64,000 bases of DNA from Alphaproteobacteria bacterium (lineage in GTDB: Bacteria > Pseudomonadota > Alphaproteobacteria > UBA828). How positions within the stretch are numbered: position 1 is the first letter of the stretch; each line of letters begins with the position of its first letter. Of the stretch, positions 49,126 to 59,651 are shown piece after piece. Below the pieces are notes generated by a model. That model did not search any database. It had not been told where the DNA came from and worked only from the letters and a program-made list of their open reading frames with translations. Location of the stretch: contig CAXXVO010000018.1 in assembly GCA_963422645.2 (NCBI GenBank), forward strand, positions 32,001 to 96,000, in the 5' to 3' direction. A program made the translations under genes and the position numbers.

Positions 49126-50121
49126 TCAGGCGTTGACGTCGACCACGACCCGGCCGCGCACGCCGCCGTCGAGGATGTCGTTGCTCCGCGCCACCACCTC
49201 GTCGAGAGGCACCACCTCGGTGATCGCGTCGAGCGCATCGCGCGGCAGGTCGCGCGCGAGCCGCTGCCAGGCCTCGCGGCGCGGCGCGGACGGGCAGTAG
49301 ACCGACTCGATGCCGATCAGGCTCACCCCACGCAGGATGAAGGGCATGACCGTGGTCTTGAGCCCCGGCCCGGCGGCAAGACCGCAGCAGGCCACCACCC
49401 CGCCGTAGCGGGTCTCCGCCAGGATGTGGGCCAGCATCGCGCCCCCCACGGCGTCGACGGCGCCGGCCCAATGCTCGGAGAGCAGCGGCTTGTCGGGCGC
49501 CTCCGCCCGCTTGCCGCGGGGCAGCACGTCGCTGGCGCCCAGGCTCTTCAGATAGTCGCGGCACTCGGGCCGGCCGGAGATGGCGACGGTCTCGTAGCCG
49601 AGGCCTGCGAGCAAGGCCACCGCCACGCTGCCGACACCGCCCGCAGCGCCCGTCACCGCGACGGGGCCCGCGTCCTTGGCAACACCCGCGCGCTCCAGCG
49701 CGATTACGCAGAGCATCGCCGTGAAGCCCGCCGTGCCGATGGCCATCGCCCATTTCGTGTCACAGCCCTCGGGCAAGGGCTCCAACCAACCGGCCTTGAC
49801 CCGTGCCCGCTGGGCCAACCCCCCGGGGTGCCGCTCGCCCACGCCCCAGCCGGTGAGCACCACCGCCTGACCCGGCACGAACGCCGGCGAGTCGCTTTGC
49901 TCGACCGTGCCGGCGAAGTCGATGCCGGCAGTCATCGGGGGCCTTCTGATGATCGGCGCGCGCCCGGTAAGCGCCAGGCCGTCCTTGTAGTTGAGGCACG
50001 AATAGTCGACCCGCACCGTGACCTCGCCCTCGGGCAGGTCGGCCTCGGTGAGTGTCCTGATCTCGGCGCCAACCTTGTCTTCCTGCCGGTCGACGACGAG
50101 TGCTCTGTAACTGTCTGACAT
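49126..50121 (-). CDS. acuI: MDR oxidoreductase, AcuI/YhdH (acrylyl-CoA reductase) family
   Basis: SCLNYKDGLA, GIDFAG, AMAIGTAGFTAML, GAAGGVGS, PFILRGV, RGRVVV. Confidence 0.85.
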   Translation of the reverse strand: MSDSYRALVVDRQEDKVGAEIRTLTEADLPEGEVTVRVDYSCLNYKDGLALTGRAPIIRRPPMTAGIDFAGTVEQSDSPAFVPGQAVVLTGWGVGERHPGGLAQRARVKAGWLEPLPEGCDTKWAMAIGTAGFTAMLCVIALERAGVAKDAGPVAVTGAAGGVGSVAVALLAGLGYETVAISGRPECRDYLKSLGASDVLPRGKRAEAPDKPLLSEHWAGAVDAVGGAMLAHILAETRYGGVVACCGLAAGPGLKTTVMPFILRGVSLIGIESVYCPSAPRREAWQRLARDLPRDALDAITEVVPLDEVVARSNDILDGGVRGRVVVDVNA

Positions 50122-50211
50122 CGTGCGTTCCCATCCCTCTCGCTTGACCGCCGTCTCATATCTGCCCGGACCGGGTCAGGCAACCGCTGCGCGCGTGCCC
50201 CTTGTCTTGAC

Positions 50212-50588
50212 GTAACTACCCAGGTACCCCGCCGCCAGTTCTGAGTGCGTGCTGATGTTGCTTGCCGTCGGTGCCGTTTCGCCGTCGGCGCGTCGTTGAT
50301 CCCCGCTTGACTGTATAGGTTCAGACTTCCTGACCTCGTGATGCTGGCTGTTCTGGGCAGCGTGCCGGGAACTCCTTGAATTCTGATACATTTCGGTTGT
50401 TTCAGGCGGTTTTTCGCTGGGTGTCGCGCCCGAGGTCTGATATTATAATTTGATACCAATTGCACGGTCTCAACCATGCCCAGTACCCTCCCAATGTGCC
50501 CTCCAGAGGCGGTCTCGATCGGCAACAGCTGCTTCGCCGTCCTGATCTCGGACGACACCTTCACCTACTTTTCCAACCTCATTCCCTT
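50212..50588 (+). mobile_element. Second copy of the IS66 left end with the nested unclassified-IS left end, truncated by IS66 variant C
   Basis: 50212-50320 is identical to 9384-9492; TCAGACTTCC TIR at 50321; ends at the GTAACTGCCC TIR at 50589. Confidence 0.9.
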
Positions 50589-51316
50589 GTAACTGCCCAG
50601 GTACCCCCTCTCTCTTATGGAACAAGCCAGTTCCTTTTGCGTCAACGCCCCCACGCCGCGGGGGTGCCTACTCTCTTGAGCGCGAGAGGATGATGAACGC
50701 CGCGTCGCGAACAAGATGAGAGGACAGCGATACTCAGGATGAGCCGGAGAAGTTCAGGAGCGCAGTATAGGGATCAGCTGCATCGGTTCCGGGTGCGCCA
50801 GGATTTGCAGGATGTTCCAGCCTTGCTTTCGAGCGGTGACGATGACGCTGCGCATTCCGGCGAAGTTGCAGGCGCCTTGCAGGGAGCGGAAGCCGCCTGA
50901 GATCTTCTCATGCACTTTGTTCATACGGATGTCACGCTCCGCCTCGTTATTCGTGAACGGCGTGCGCAGGTCGGTGAGGAAGCGCAGGCAGCCCTCCTTA
51001 TGCTTTTGAAGGCGGCGCGCGAGGTTGTGGCCGATGCGGCGTTTCTTTCGCCCTCGCTTTGCGATCTGGAGCGGCGGTTGGGCCTCATGGAAGGCGATGG
51101 CTTCTTCGAGGATACGGTCCCATGCCCTTGAGATGCGGGCCACCAGGGAGGCGGGGACTTGACGGTCTTTCTCACGGGCGAAGCGGGCGGCCCTGCGCTG
51201 AGCGCGCTGAAGCAGGCGGTGCATGCTCGCCGCCCATTCCTCCTTCTCGATGTCGATCAGGGCCTGGAGTTCGCGCAGGTGATGTGCGTTGCAGGCGCCG
51301 TGGCGGACGCCCTTGA
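50589..51316 (-). mobile_element. IS66 variant C, 3' fragment (tnpC C-terminus + right end), cut by IS21
   Basis: Reverse complement of about 29734-30461. Confidence 0.92.
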
Positions 51317-51518
51317 TGTCAATCGGCTTTCAATACTGACCCCCGATCGGCGTGCAAAATTGACCCCCCTGAGTGGCACGGCGGAGGTTGTCCCGGTAGC
51401 CAATAGGGGGGACCCGCGCGGCTTCGTGTGGCGCCCTGCGCTACGCGGAGCGAAGCCGCGTGGGGGGTCCCTGTTGGCCCACCGGGGCAACCGGGCCGCA
51501 AGGGAGGCCGGCGGCGGG

Positions 51519-52247
51519 TCAGGAGCGGTTCTTGAAGCGCCAGCTCTCGTTGCCGGTCTCGATGATCTCGCAATGATGGGTGAGGCGATCGAGCAGCGCT
51601 GTGGTCATCTTGGGGTCGCCGAAGACGGATGGCCATTCGCCGAAGGCGAGGTTTGTGGTGATGACGATCGAGGTGCGCTCGTAGAGCCGGCTCATCAGAT
51701 GGAAGAGCAGCTGCCCACCGGCCTGGGCGAAGGGCAGGTAGCCGAGCTCGTCGAGGATGACGAAGTCGCGGCGGACGAGCTGGTCTGCAGTGCGGCCCTG
51801 GCGTCCGGCGCGAAGCTCGGCCTCGAGGAGGTTGACCAGGTCGACGACGTTGTAGCACCGGCCGCGCGCGCCCTTGCGGATGCAGGACCGCGCGATGGCG
51901 ACGGCGAGATGGGTCTTGCCGGTACCGGTGCCGCCGACCAGCACGATGTTGCGTTTGCCCTCGAGGAAGCCGCCGCCGGCGAGCTCCTGGATCAGGGGCT
52001 CGTTGACCGGCGAGGCGGCGAAGTCGAAGTCGGCCAGCTCCTTGACCGTCGGCAGCTTGGCGGAGGCCATCTGGTACTTGATCGAGCGGGCCCTCTTGTC
52101 GGCGATCTCGACCTGCAGCAGCGTACCGATGATCTGTTGCACCGGATGGCGGCGCTTGAGCCCGTCGGCAAGGATGTCGTCGTAAGCGGCGCGCATACCT
52201 GCGAGCTTCAGCTGGGTCATCATCTCCAGCACATCATGACGCTCCAT
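51519..52247 (-). CDS. istB: IS21 helper ATPase IstB
   Basis: [37 protein letters not shown]. Confidence 0.95.
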   Translation of the reverse strand: MERHDVLEMMTQLKLAGMRAAYDDILADGLKRRHPVQQIIGTLLQVEIADKRARSIKYQMASAKLPTVKELADFDFAASPVNEPLIQELAGGGFLEGKRNIVLVGGTGTGKTHLAVAIARSCIRKGARGRCYNVVDLVNLLEAELRAGRQGRTADQLVRRDFVILDELGYLPFAQAGGQLLFHLMSRLYERTSIVITTNLAFGEWPSVFGDPKMTTALLDRLTHHCEIIETGNESWRFKNRS

Positions 52248-53748
52248 GACCGGCCTCCCTCAGGCTGTCGTAGCGCTGACAGTCGGCTACCGGCTTGTGG
52301 CGAAGCTGCAGGCCCTCGGGCGTCGGGATGATTGCCGGCGGTGCCGGCTGGCGCTGCCGGGCGAGGATGTTGAGCACCACGTCGGCGCTGCAGGCACCGC
52401 AGTCGAGCGTCTCGGCACAGGCCGCCTCAACCGCCTCCAGTCCGTCCTCCAGCACCGCCGCGAGCACCTTGACGAACTGCCGGTCGCCGTCGTCGTGGCC
52501 CGCGAGCCGGGTTCGCAGGCGGCCGAGCGCGTTGGGCAACTGCCAGTCCTTGAAGGGCGCGCCATTGCGTAGCGCGCCGGGCTTCCGCGTCAGGATCGGC
52601 ACGTAATGCCACGGATCGTAGACGAACCGGCCGCGCCCGAAGCTGCGGGGGTGCTCGGCAACGGTCTCGCCGTCCTGGCGGATGACGATCCGATCGGCAT
52701 AGGCCCGCACGTCCACCGGCCGGCCGACGGCGCGGGCCGCGACGCTGTACTGGTTGTTGTCGAAGCGCACCAGACAGGTCTTCGAGACCGACACCTCGCT
52801 GGCATGGAAGCCGTCGAAGGGGCCGCGATACGCCATCAGGAAGGGCTGCTCCTCCTCGAACACCTGCCACACCGTCTTGCCCGGGATTGTCGGATGCGGA
52901 TGCTTCTTGGCGTCCTCGATGCACCGATCCATCAGCCACTCGTTGATCTCGGCGTAGGAGCGGCCCCGCGGGATGGGCACGAACAGGCGGCCGCGAAGGT
53001 CACCCACCTGCTTCTCGACCTGCCCCTTCTCCCAGCCAGCCCCTGGCGTGCACGCCACAGGCTCCACCAGATGGTGCGAGCACAGCTCCTGGAAGCGGCG
53101 GTTGTAGTCCCGCTTCTTGCCCACGAAGATCGTGCTCACCGCCGTCTTCATGTTGTCGTAGATGCCCCGCCGGCAGACCCCGCCGAAGAAGCGGAAGGCA
53201 CGCTCGTGCGCCTCGAAGACCATCTCCTGGCTCTCGCGGGGAAAGATCTGGACCAGATACATCCGGCTGTGGCACAGCCGCATGTGCGCCGCCTTCACCC
53301 TGGTCGTCGCGCCCGACAGACGCGCGTACTCGTGGCTCCAGTCGAACTGGTAGGCCTCGCCGGGATCGAAGATCAGCGGCACATAGGCCTGCGCCGGCGA
53401 CAACAGCCGCCACCGGCGCCGCCAGGCCCTGGCATAGCGGCGAACCGCGTCATAGCCGCCCTTGTAGCCCAGCGACACAAGGTCTTCATGAATCCGCAGA
53501 AGAGACAGCCGATCCTTGCGTGCCTTCTTCTCGTTGGCCTTCAGCTGGCGCTCAAGCTCCTCCACCCACAGCCCAAGCTTCGGCATCGGCTGGATCTTGC
53601 GCTCGTAGCTGTGCGAGGTCGCATCGCCCCGCACCACCTTGCGTATCGTGTTCTTGGAAACCCTCAAATCCCGGGCGAGCTTCTTGATCGGAACGCCCTT
53701 CACCAGATGATCCCGACGGATCTTCGCGATCGTTTCCACAACCAGCAT
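52234..53748 (-). CDS. istA: IS21 transposase IstA
   Basis: N-terminal [36 protein letters not shown]. Confidence 0.95.
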   Translation of the reverse strand: MLVVETIAKIRRDHLVKGVPIKKLARDLRVSKNTIRKVVRGDATSHSYERKIQPMPKLGLWVEELERQLKANEKKARKDRLSLLRIHEDLVSLGYKGGYDAVRRYARAWRRRWRLLSPAQAYVPLIFDPGEAYQFDWSHEYARLSGATTRVKAAHMRLCHSRMYLVQIFPRESQEMVFEAHERAFRFFGGVCRRGIYDNMKTAVSTIFVGKKRDYNRRFQELCSHHLVEPVACTPGAGWEKGQVEKQVGDLRGRLFVPIPRGRSYAEINEWLMDRCIEDAKKHPHPTIPGKTVWQVFEEEQPFLMAYRGPFDGFHASEVSVSKTCLVRFDNNQYSVAARAVGRPVDVRAYADRIVIRQDGETVAEHPRSFGRGRFVYDPWHYVPILTRKPGALRNGAPFKDWQLPNALGRLRTRLAGHDDGDRQFVKVLAAVLEDGLEAVEAACAETLDCGACSADVVLNILARQRQPAPPAIIPTPEGLQLRHKPVADCQRYDSLREAGHGAS

Positions 53749-53951
53749 CTCCCCCACCACCCCGTCCGTCCAAACGACGAGGTGTGTTCATGGACACAAA
53801 TCCAAGGGGGTCAATTTTGGACGCCGATCACCCCCAATAGGGGGTCACTTTTCCACGCTTAACAACACCCCTGAACGGCCCGTGCATGGCCGATGCAGAG
53901 GCCGTTTTTCCAGCCCGAATCAGCCCCGAAAATCAGCCTGTTTTCCAGGCC

Positions 53952-53995
53952 ATTCGCAAAGACTTCTGGCCGCGATTCGCAAAGACTTCTGGCCG
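53952..53995 (+). repeat. 21-bp direct repeat, possibly the duplicated end of another IS remnant
   Basis: ATTCGCAAAGACTTCTGGCCG at 53952 and 53975. Confidence 0.7.
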
Positions 53996-54111
53996 GCTAC
54001 ACTCAGGAGCTGATGGAGGCGGACAACGCGATCCGGCGTTTCAAGGTCGAGGGGACCAAGGCGGTCGGCCGCGCGCGCATGAAGGTGTGAAGGGCCGCGC
54101 GGGGCCTCGTC

Positions 54112-55017
54112 TCACAGAGGGTCCCAGCTGAACACGTCGCCGGAGCGGTCCAGCGCGGCGAAGTGCGCCTGCAGCGCCGGCACGGCATGGTCGGCGATCG
54201 CCTGCAGGTCCCAGCCCTCGCTGCGGTGGACGCTGCGGGCGGGCCGGAAGGGATCGAAGAGGAAGATCTCGTTGTGGCGCGTCCCGAAGACCTGGCCCGA
54301 GATGCCGCGCGCCGCGTCGGACGCGAGAAAGACCGCGAGCGGGGCGTTCTTCTCGGGCGTCATCCGCTTGAGGCGCGCGATCCGCTCCCGCTGCTCGTCG
54401 GTGTCGGCCGGGATTTCGCTGGTCATCCGGCTCCAGGCGAAGGGCGCGATGCAGTTGGAGCGCACGTTGAAGCGCCGCATGTCGAGCGCGATCGACTTCG
54501 ACAGCGCGCAGATGCCGAGCTTGGCCGCCGCGTAGTTGGCCTGCCCGAAGTTTCCGATCAGCCCCGACGTGCTGGTCATGTGCACGAAGGCGCCCGACTC
54601 CTGACGCCGGAAGTGCTCGGCCGCCGCGCGGCTCAGGAAGAAGCTGCCGTTGAGATGCACGCCGACGACCGAGAGCCACTGCTCGGCGCTCATCTTGTGG
54701 AAGATCGTGTCGCGCAGGATGCCGGCGTTGTTCACCACGATGTCGATGCGCCCGAACGCGTCGAGCGCCGTTGCGACGATGGCGCGCGCGCTCTCCCAAC
54801 CGTCCACGCTGTGCGTGTCGACGGCGGCGCTCCCGCCGGCCTCCTCGATCAGCCGCATGGTCTCCTCGGCCGGGGTCGCCGAGCCGCCCTCGCCCGTGAC
54901 CGAGACGCCGATGTCGTTGACGACGACGGCGGCCCCGGTCCGCGCGAGCGCCAGCGCGATCTCGCGCCCGATGCCGCCGCCAGCGCCGGAGACGATTGCC
55001 ACCTTTCCCTGATTCAC
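54112..55017 (-). CDS. SDR oxidoreductase (MFE-2-like 3-hydroxyacyl-CoA dehydrogenase)
   Basis: SGAGGGIG, VVNDIG, NNAGILRD, GQANYAAAK. Confidence 0.9.
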   Translation of the reverse strand: MNQGKVAIVSGAGGGIGREIALALARTGAAVVVNDIGVSVTGEGGSATPAEETMRLIEEAGGSAAVDTHSVDGWESARAIVATALDAFGRIDIVVNNAGILRDTIFHKMSAEQWLSVVGVHLNGSFFLSRAAAEHFRRQESGAFVHMTSTSGLIGNFGQANYAAAKLGICALSKSIALDMRRFNVRSNCIAPFAWSRMTSEIPADTDEQRERIARLKRMTPEKNAPLAVFLASDAARGISGQVFGTRHNEIFLFDPFRPARSVHRSEGWDLQAIADHAVPALQAHFAALDRSGDVFSWDPL

Positions 55018-55098
55018 CCTTCATCTCCCGTCATTGCTGGTGTGCGTCACCGCCCACAACGTCAGGGCCGCCCGCCGCAACCCAATCGTGTGCGCGCA

Positions 55099-55944
55099 TC
55101 AACCGAAGGTCGCAAGTCCGTTGCGCAGGACGAAGACATTGCGGTCTGCGGCCCGCGCGCGAAAGGCGCCGTTCCGCCACATCTCTACCTCGACGGTCTC
55201 GCCCGGAAAGACCGGCGCCGAGAAGCGCGCGGACATGCTGCGGAGCGCTTCGGGATCGTCGGCCGCGAACGCGCGCAAGATGGCGTGGCAGGCGATACCG
55301 AAGGTGCAGAGCCCGTGGAGAATCGGCCGCTCGAAGCCCGCCTCCCGCGCGACCGCAGGGTCGAGATGGAGCGGGTTGGGGTCGCCGTTGAGGCGATAGA
55401 GGAGGGCCTGTTCCGGACGGGTCGCGACGGCGAGGGTACGGTCGGGATCGTCGCCGGGCTCCGCCGGCGCGGGGCGCGGCGTGCCGGAGGGTCCGTCGTA
55501 GCCGCCGTCGCCCCGGAGCATGAGCGTGCGGGTCTCGGTCGCGATCGCTTCGCCCGTGTCGGTGTCGCGAAGGCTCTTCTCGAGGTAGAGCAGCGCGCCC
55601 TTCGCGGCGCCCTTGTCGACGATATCGGCAATCCGGGTTTCGCCGACGACCGTGCCGGCGGCGGGGATGGGTTTTTGCAAGGAGAACCCCTGCTCGGCGT
55701 GAACGAGCCGGCCCGCGTCGACGGTCGTGCGCGGATCGGCCAGCCAGAAGCCGGGATGGCCGAGCACCGAGCAGAACGACGGCACGATGCGCGGCCCCTT
55801 GTGATCGTCCACGAATTGCAATTGCCACGGGTCGAGAGGGTCGTGACCGAGCCCGATCGAGAGCGCGTAACGCACCGCGTCGAGGGGGCCGAAGGTCTGC
55901 CGGACCTCGGGGATCTCGAAGCCCATGAGCGCGTCGTAGTTCAC
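55099..55944 (-). CDS. MaoC-family (R)-hydratase 2 / dehydratase
   Basis: YALSIG, VHAEQ, YRLNGDPNPLHLDP, PILHGLCT. Confidence 0.92.
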   Translation of the reverse strand: MNYDALMGFEIPEVRQTFGPLDAVRYALSIGLGHDPLDPWQLQFVDDHKGPRIVPSFCSVLGHPGFWLADPRTTVDAGRLVHAEQGFSLQKPIPAAGTVVGETRIADIVDKGAAKGALLYLEKSLRDTDTGEAIATETRTLMLRGDGGYDGPSGTPRPAPAEPGDDPDRTLAVATRPEQALLYRLNGDPNPLHLDPAVAREAGFERPILHGLCTFGIACHAILRAFAADDPEALRSMSARFSAPVFPGETVEVEMWRNGAFRARAADRNVFVLRNGLATFG

Positions 55945-56037
55945 GGCCCGGGATCCTCAGGGCGCGGCGCGCGGATCACAGCCGTCGCAACAGAGCAGGG
56001 GGACTGATGCAGATGGGGGCCCGGCGCGGCGGGTCGT

Positions 56038-57240
56038 TCAGCCGTCGTAGTGTCCGACGATCGCCACGCTGCAGACGTTCTGCACGGGGTGGCCGCCCAG
56101 GTTGTGAGTCAAGCCGTAGCGCATGGAATCGATCTGGCGCTCCTCGGCGCGGCCGAGGAACTGCAGATAGATCTCGTAGAGCATCCGCAGGCCGGAGGCC
56201 CCGATGGGGTGTCCGAAGCACTTCAGGCCGCCGTCGATCTGGCAGGGCATCTCGCCATCGGCGTCGAAGCGGCCGTCGAGCACCGCCTTCCAGGCCTCGC
56301 CCTCGTCGGCGAGGCCGAGGTCCTCCATGGTGACAAGCTCCGTGATCGAGAAGCAGTCGTGGACTTCGGTCGCGCTGATCTCCTTGCGCGGATCGTCGAT
56401 GCCGGCTTCCTCGTAGGCGCGCTGGGCTGCGATGCGCGTGGTCTTGAAGTGGGCGCCGTTCCAGGCGTTGAAACCGATCTCCTCGCCGTTCGAGACGCTG
56501 AGCTGCAAGCCCTTGACCGTCACGACATTGGTCTTGCCCAGCGTCATGGCGATCTCCGGCGTGGTGACGATTGCGCAGGCCGCGCCGTCGCTGACGCCGC
56601 AGCAATCGAAGAGCCCGATGGGCTCCGCCACCATCGGCGCGCCGATGGCTTGCTCGTGCGTGATTTCGCGCCTGAGGTGCGCCTTGGGATTGCGCGCCCC
56701 GTTCGCGTGGCTCTTGACCGAGACGTGGGCCATGGCGCGCTTGAGGTCGTCCCCGTCGATGCCGTGGGCGCTGCGATAGCCGGCCGCGAGCTGCGCGAAG
56801 GCGCCGGGGGCGGAGACGTTCGGGGAGAAAAGGTCGGTGGTCACCCCGCGGCTCCGGGCCGGCAGGCCGCCATAACCGGTGTCCTTCAGCTTCTCCACGC
56901 CGAGCGTGAGCGCGAAGACCGCGGCGCCCGAGGCCACCGCGTAGCACGCGCCGCGGAAGGCTTCCGTTCCGCTGGCGCACATGTTCTCGACGTGCGTGAC
57001 GGGGATGTAGCCGAGCCGCAGCGCGGTCGCGAGCGGAAGCGCGCTCGGCCCGACGTTGACGGAGTCGAAGGCCGTGCTCAGCCACGCCGCATCGATCTGC
57101 GAGCGTTCGATGCCGGCGTCGGCGATGCACTCCTCGAACGCCTCGGCCATCAGGTCCGAAGGCTCGGCATCCCACCGCTCGCCGAACTTCGAGCAGCCCA
57201 TCCCGAGGATCGCGACCTTGTCTCGAATTCCGCTGGCCAT
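56038..57240 (-). CDS. SCP2/PhlC-type thiolase-family protein
   Basis: ENMCASG, NPKAH, CCGVSDGAA, EVHDCFS, DGGLKCFGHPIGASG, HNLGG. Confidence 0.9.
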   Translation of the reverse strand: MASGIRDKVAILGMGCSKFGERWDAEPSDLMAEAFEECIADAGIERSQIDAAWLSTAFDSVNVGPSALPLATALRLGYIPVTHVENMCASGTEAFRGACYAVASGAAVFALTLGVEKLKDTGYGGLPARSRGVTTDLFSPNVSAPGAFAQLAAGYRSAHGIDGDDLKRAMAHVSVKSHANGARNPKAHLRREITHEQAIGAPMVAEPIGLFDCCGVSDGAACAIVTTPEIAMTLGKTNVVTVKGLQLSVSNGEEIGFNAWNGAHFKTTRIAAQRAYEEAGIDDPRKEISATEVHDCFSITELVTMEDLGLADEGEAWKAVLDGRFDADGEMPCQIDGGLKCFGHPIGASGLRMLYEIYLQFLGRAEERQIDSMRYGLTHNLGGHPVQNVCSVAIVGHYDG

Positions 57241-57266
57241 GTCCCTTCCCCTCGCGTCGCGGAGCC

Positions 57267-58697
57267 CTAGTCGGGCGCCGCCTTCCAGAAATACTGCCGC
57301 ATACCGCGCCGTTCATCCACATGCTTGATCCTGAAGCGCATGCTCGCCCGCGTGCCGACGTCGAAGCTCTCGGGGTCCACCTCCGTGAACTCCACCATGG
57401 TCCGGCCGCCGCCTTCGAACTCGACGAGGCCCAGGTAAGCGGGCGGATCCATGGAGAAGACGAGATGGTCGGCGGTGAAGGTCTTAACCCTGGCCGGCAC
57501 GTCCGCCATGGGATGGGGTTCCTGCGTGTCCCTGGCGCCGCAGTTGGGGTTCACGCAGTAGATCGCCTTCGGGTACTGCACCGTGCCGCAGCGCTCGCAG
57601 CGGCCGCCGACGAATCCGGTCACGCCCTCCCGGTTGCGGTACTGCGCGGTGAGCGCCGGCGAACGGTCGAGCTCGGCGCGCTTGCCGTACTCGCGCTCGA
57701 CCACGCCGCAATAGGTCAGGAACTTGCTGTAGTTGGTTTCCTCGACCCCGCGTTCCAGCCACCCGGCGACGCCCCGGTTGGGCCGGGCCGCGCCGAGCGC
57801 GTCCGTCACGCGGAACACCAGCGCGTCGCAGCCCTGCCCGAACCCAGTGACGACGATCGTCTGCCCTGGCTCTGCACTCGCCAGCTCGGCCGCCAGCATG
57901 AGCAGAGGCTGTGCCGTGCCGCATTGGCCGACCGTGCTCATCATCGGGTCGGCGACGGCGTTGGCGGCGATGCCGCACGCCTTGGTGACGCTCTCCGGCA
58001 CCCGCCTCAAGTGGCAGGGTACGATCAGGCGATCGACGTCCGAGGGCTCGACATTGGCCCTTGCGAGAGCCCGTGCGACCGCCTGCGGCACCAGCTTCAG
58101 CCAGCCTTCGTCGCGAATCCAGCGGTCTTCCCAGCCGTAGTCGAAGTCGTCTCCGCTCGCGCGGAAATGGTCGATGAAGTCTGCCGCGACGGTGGCCGAC
58201 CCCAGCAACGTCGCAATCTCTCCCGCGCAGCCCACCTGGAGAGCGGCTGCACCATCGCCGGAGAGCATCTCCATCGGGCTGCCGGCGCGGGCCTTGCGCC
58301 GGTCGGCCGTGACCACGATCGCCTGCGCTCCCGCCGCCGCAGCGTCGAGCGCGCTCATCAGCGCTGTGGTCGAAGCGCGGAGCGAGCCCGCCACATCCAT
58401 GGTGCGGAGCTCGCTCCCGAGGTTCAGCGCTTCGGCGACGATGCCGGCATTCTGGCGGACGGCAAAGGGGTGTGTCGTCGAGGCGAGGAAGAGCGCCTGG
58501 GTCTGCGCGGCCGCGCCCATGTCGCGCGCGGCTTCGACCGCCATCGTCACCGTGTCCTCGTCCCAGCTGCACATGGTGCGCTCGCCGCGGGCCAGGCCGC
58601 GGAGCGATGCGTCGAACCAGGTATTGGCGGCTGCGATTGCCGATCGCTGGAGGCGCCGGCGCGGCAGATAGGCGCCATACGCGGTAATGCCGGGCAC
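57267..58697 (-). CDS. HMG-CoA-synthase-like domain fused to DUF35 (Zn ribbon + OB fold)
   Basis: GITAYGAYLPR, DEDTVTMAVEAA, GDGAAA; C-terminal CERCG..YP...CVNPNC and YFWKA. Confidence 0.85.
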   Translation of the reverse strand: MPGITAYGAYLPRRRLQRSAIAAANTWFDASLRGLARGERTMCSWDEDTVTMAVEAARDMGAAAQTQALFLASTTHPFAVRQNAGIVAEALNLGSELRTMDVAGSLRASTTALMSALDAAAAGAQAIVVTADRRKARAGSPMEMLSGDGAAALQVGCAGEIATLLGSATVAADFIDHFRASGDDFDYGWEDRWIRDEGWLKLVPQAVARALARANVEPSDVDRLIVPCHLRRVPESVTKACGIAANAVADPMMSTVGQCGTAQPLLMLAAELASAEPGQTIVVTGFGQGCDALVFRVTDALGAARPNRGVAGWLERGVEETNYSKFLTYCGVVEREYGKRAELDRSPALTAQYRNREGVTGFVGGRCERCGTVQYPKAIYCVNPNCGARDTQEPHPMADVPARVKTFTADHLVFSMDPPAYLGLVEFEGGGRTMVEFTEVDPESFDVGTRASMRFRIKHVDERRGMRQYFWKAAPD

Positions 58698-58803
58698 GCT
58701 AGAACTCCGGAGAAGTGGGGGTGCGCAACCGAAGGGTCGGCCATACTACACAGTTGCATCCGCAAGGCTAAGCGACCGGCACCGCATCGTCCGGGGGAGG
58801 GGC

Positions 58804-59565
58804 ATGTCAAAGATCATGATCGTCACAGGCGGCAGCCGCGGGATCGGCGCCGCCGTCGCGCGGCTCGCCGGAGCCAAGGGCTACGATGTCGCGGTCAACT
58901 ACGCCCAGGCCGGGGATCGTGCGGAGGAGGTCGCGGCCGATATCCGGAAGGCCGGCCAGCGCGCCATCGCCGTCCAGGCCGATATGGGCAGGGAAGACGA
59001 CATCCTGCGGATGCTGGAGACGGTCGACCACCAGCTCGGGCCGGTCTCGGCGATCGTCAACAATGCCGCGATCGACTACGAGACCCTGATCCCGGACATG
59101 ACGTTGGAGGGGCTTGAGCGCGTCTTCGCCATCAATGTCTTCGGCCTCTTCATCATGGCCCGCGAAGTCGTCACGCGCATGTCCACCAAGCAGGGCGGCC
59201 AGGGCGGCTCCATCGTGAACGTGGGCTCGATCTCGGCCCGCTATGGCGGGTTGCCGAGCGATGTCCCCTACGCAGCGTCAAAGGGCGCCGTGGACTCGTT
59301 TACCAAGGGCCTCGCCCACGAATATGCCGAGCACGGCATTCGGGTGAATTGCGTGCGCCCCGGCCTCATCCTCACCGACATGTGGGAGCATTCCATCGGG
59401 GCCGAGGCCGCGGTCGCGCTCGGCAAGACCGGCTCGATGCTGAAGCGCATCGGCCAGCCCGAGGAAATCGCCACCATGGTACTGTGGCTCTGTTCCGACG
59501 AAGCCTCCTACGTCACCGCGGCGATCTACGATGTCGACGGGGGGCGGGGAAACAGGCCGGCGTGA
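58804..59565 (+). CDS. SDR oxidoreductase
   Basis: TGGSRGIG, NNAA, YAASK, NCVRPG. Confidence 0.92.
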   Translation: MSKIMIVTGGSRGIGAAVARLAGAKGYDVAVNYAQAGDRAEEVAADIRKAGQRAIAVQADMGREDDILRMLETVDHQLGPVSAIVNNAAIDYETLIPDMTLEGLERVFAINVFGLFIMAREVVTRMSTKQGGQGGSIVNVGSISARYGGLPSDVPYAASKGAVDSFTKGLAHEYAEHGIRVNCVRPGLILTDMWEHSIGAEAAVALGKTGSMLKRIGQPEEIATMVLWLCSDEASYVTAAIYDVDGGRGNRPA

Positions 59566-59651
59566 GCGAATGGACCCATTGGCGCGACTGGGTAATGCTG
59601 GAGCTCACGCCGACCCGCATCCGCTCATGCTGAGGACTTGAGGAGCATCGG

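Larger units (their letters stand above)
51317..53867 (-). mobile_element. IS21-family element
   Basis: TG...CA ends with reiterated AAAATTGACCCC-type boxes at both ends; istA-istB; no matching TSD. Confidence 0.9.

Noticed and set aside
53868-54090. Small ORFs 53886-54131 and 53893-54090
   Set aside because: They appear to be a junction of IS remnant and a gene 3' stub; no recognisable product.
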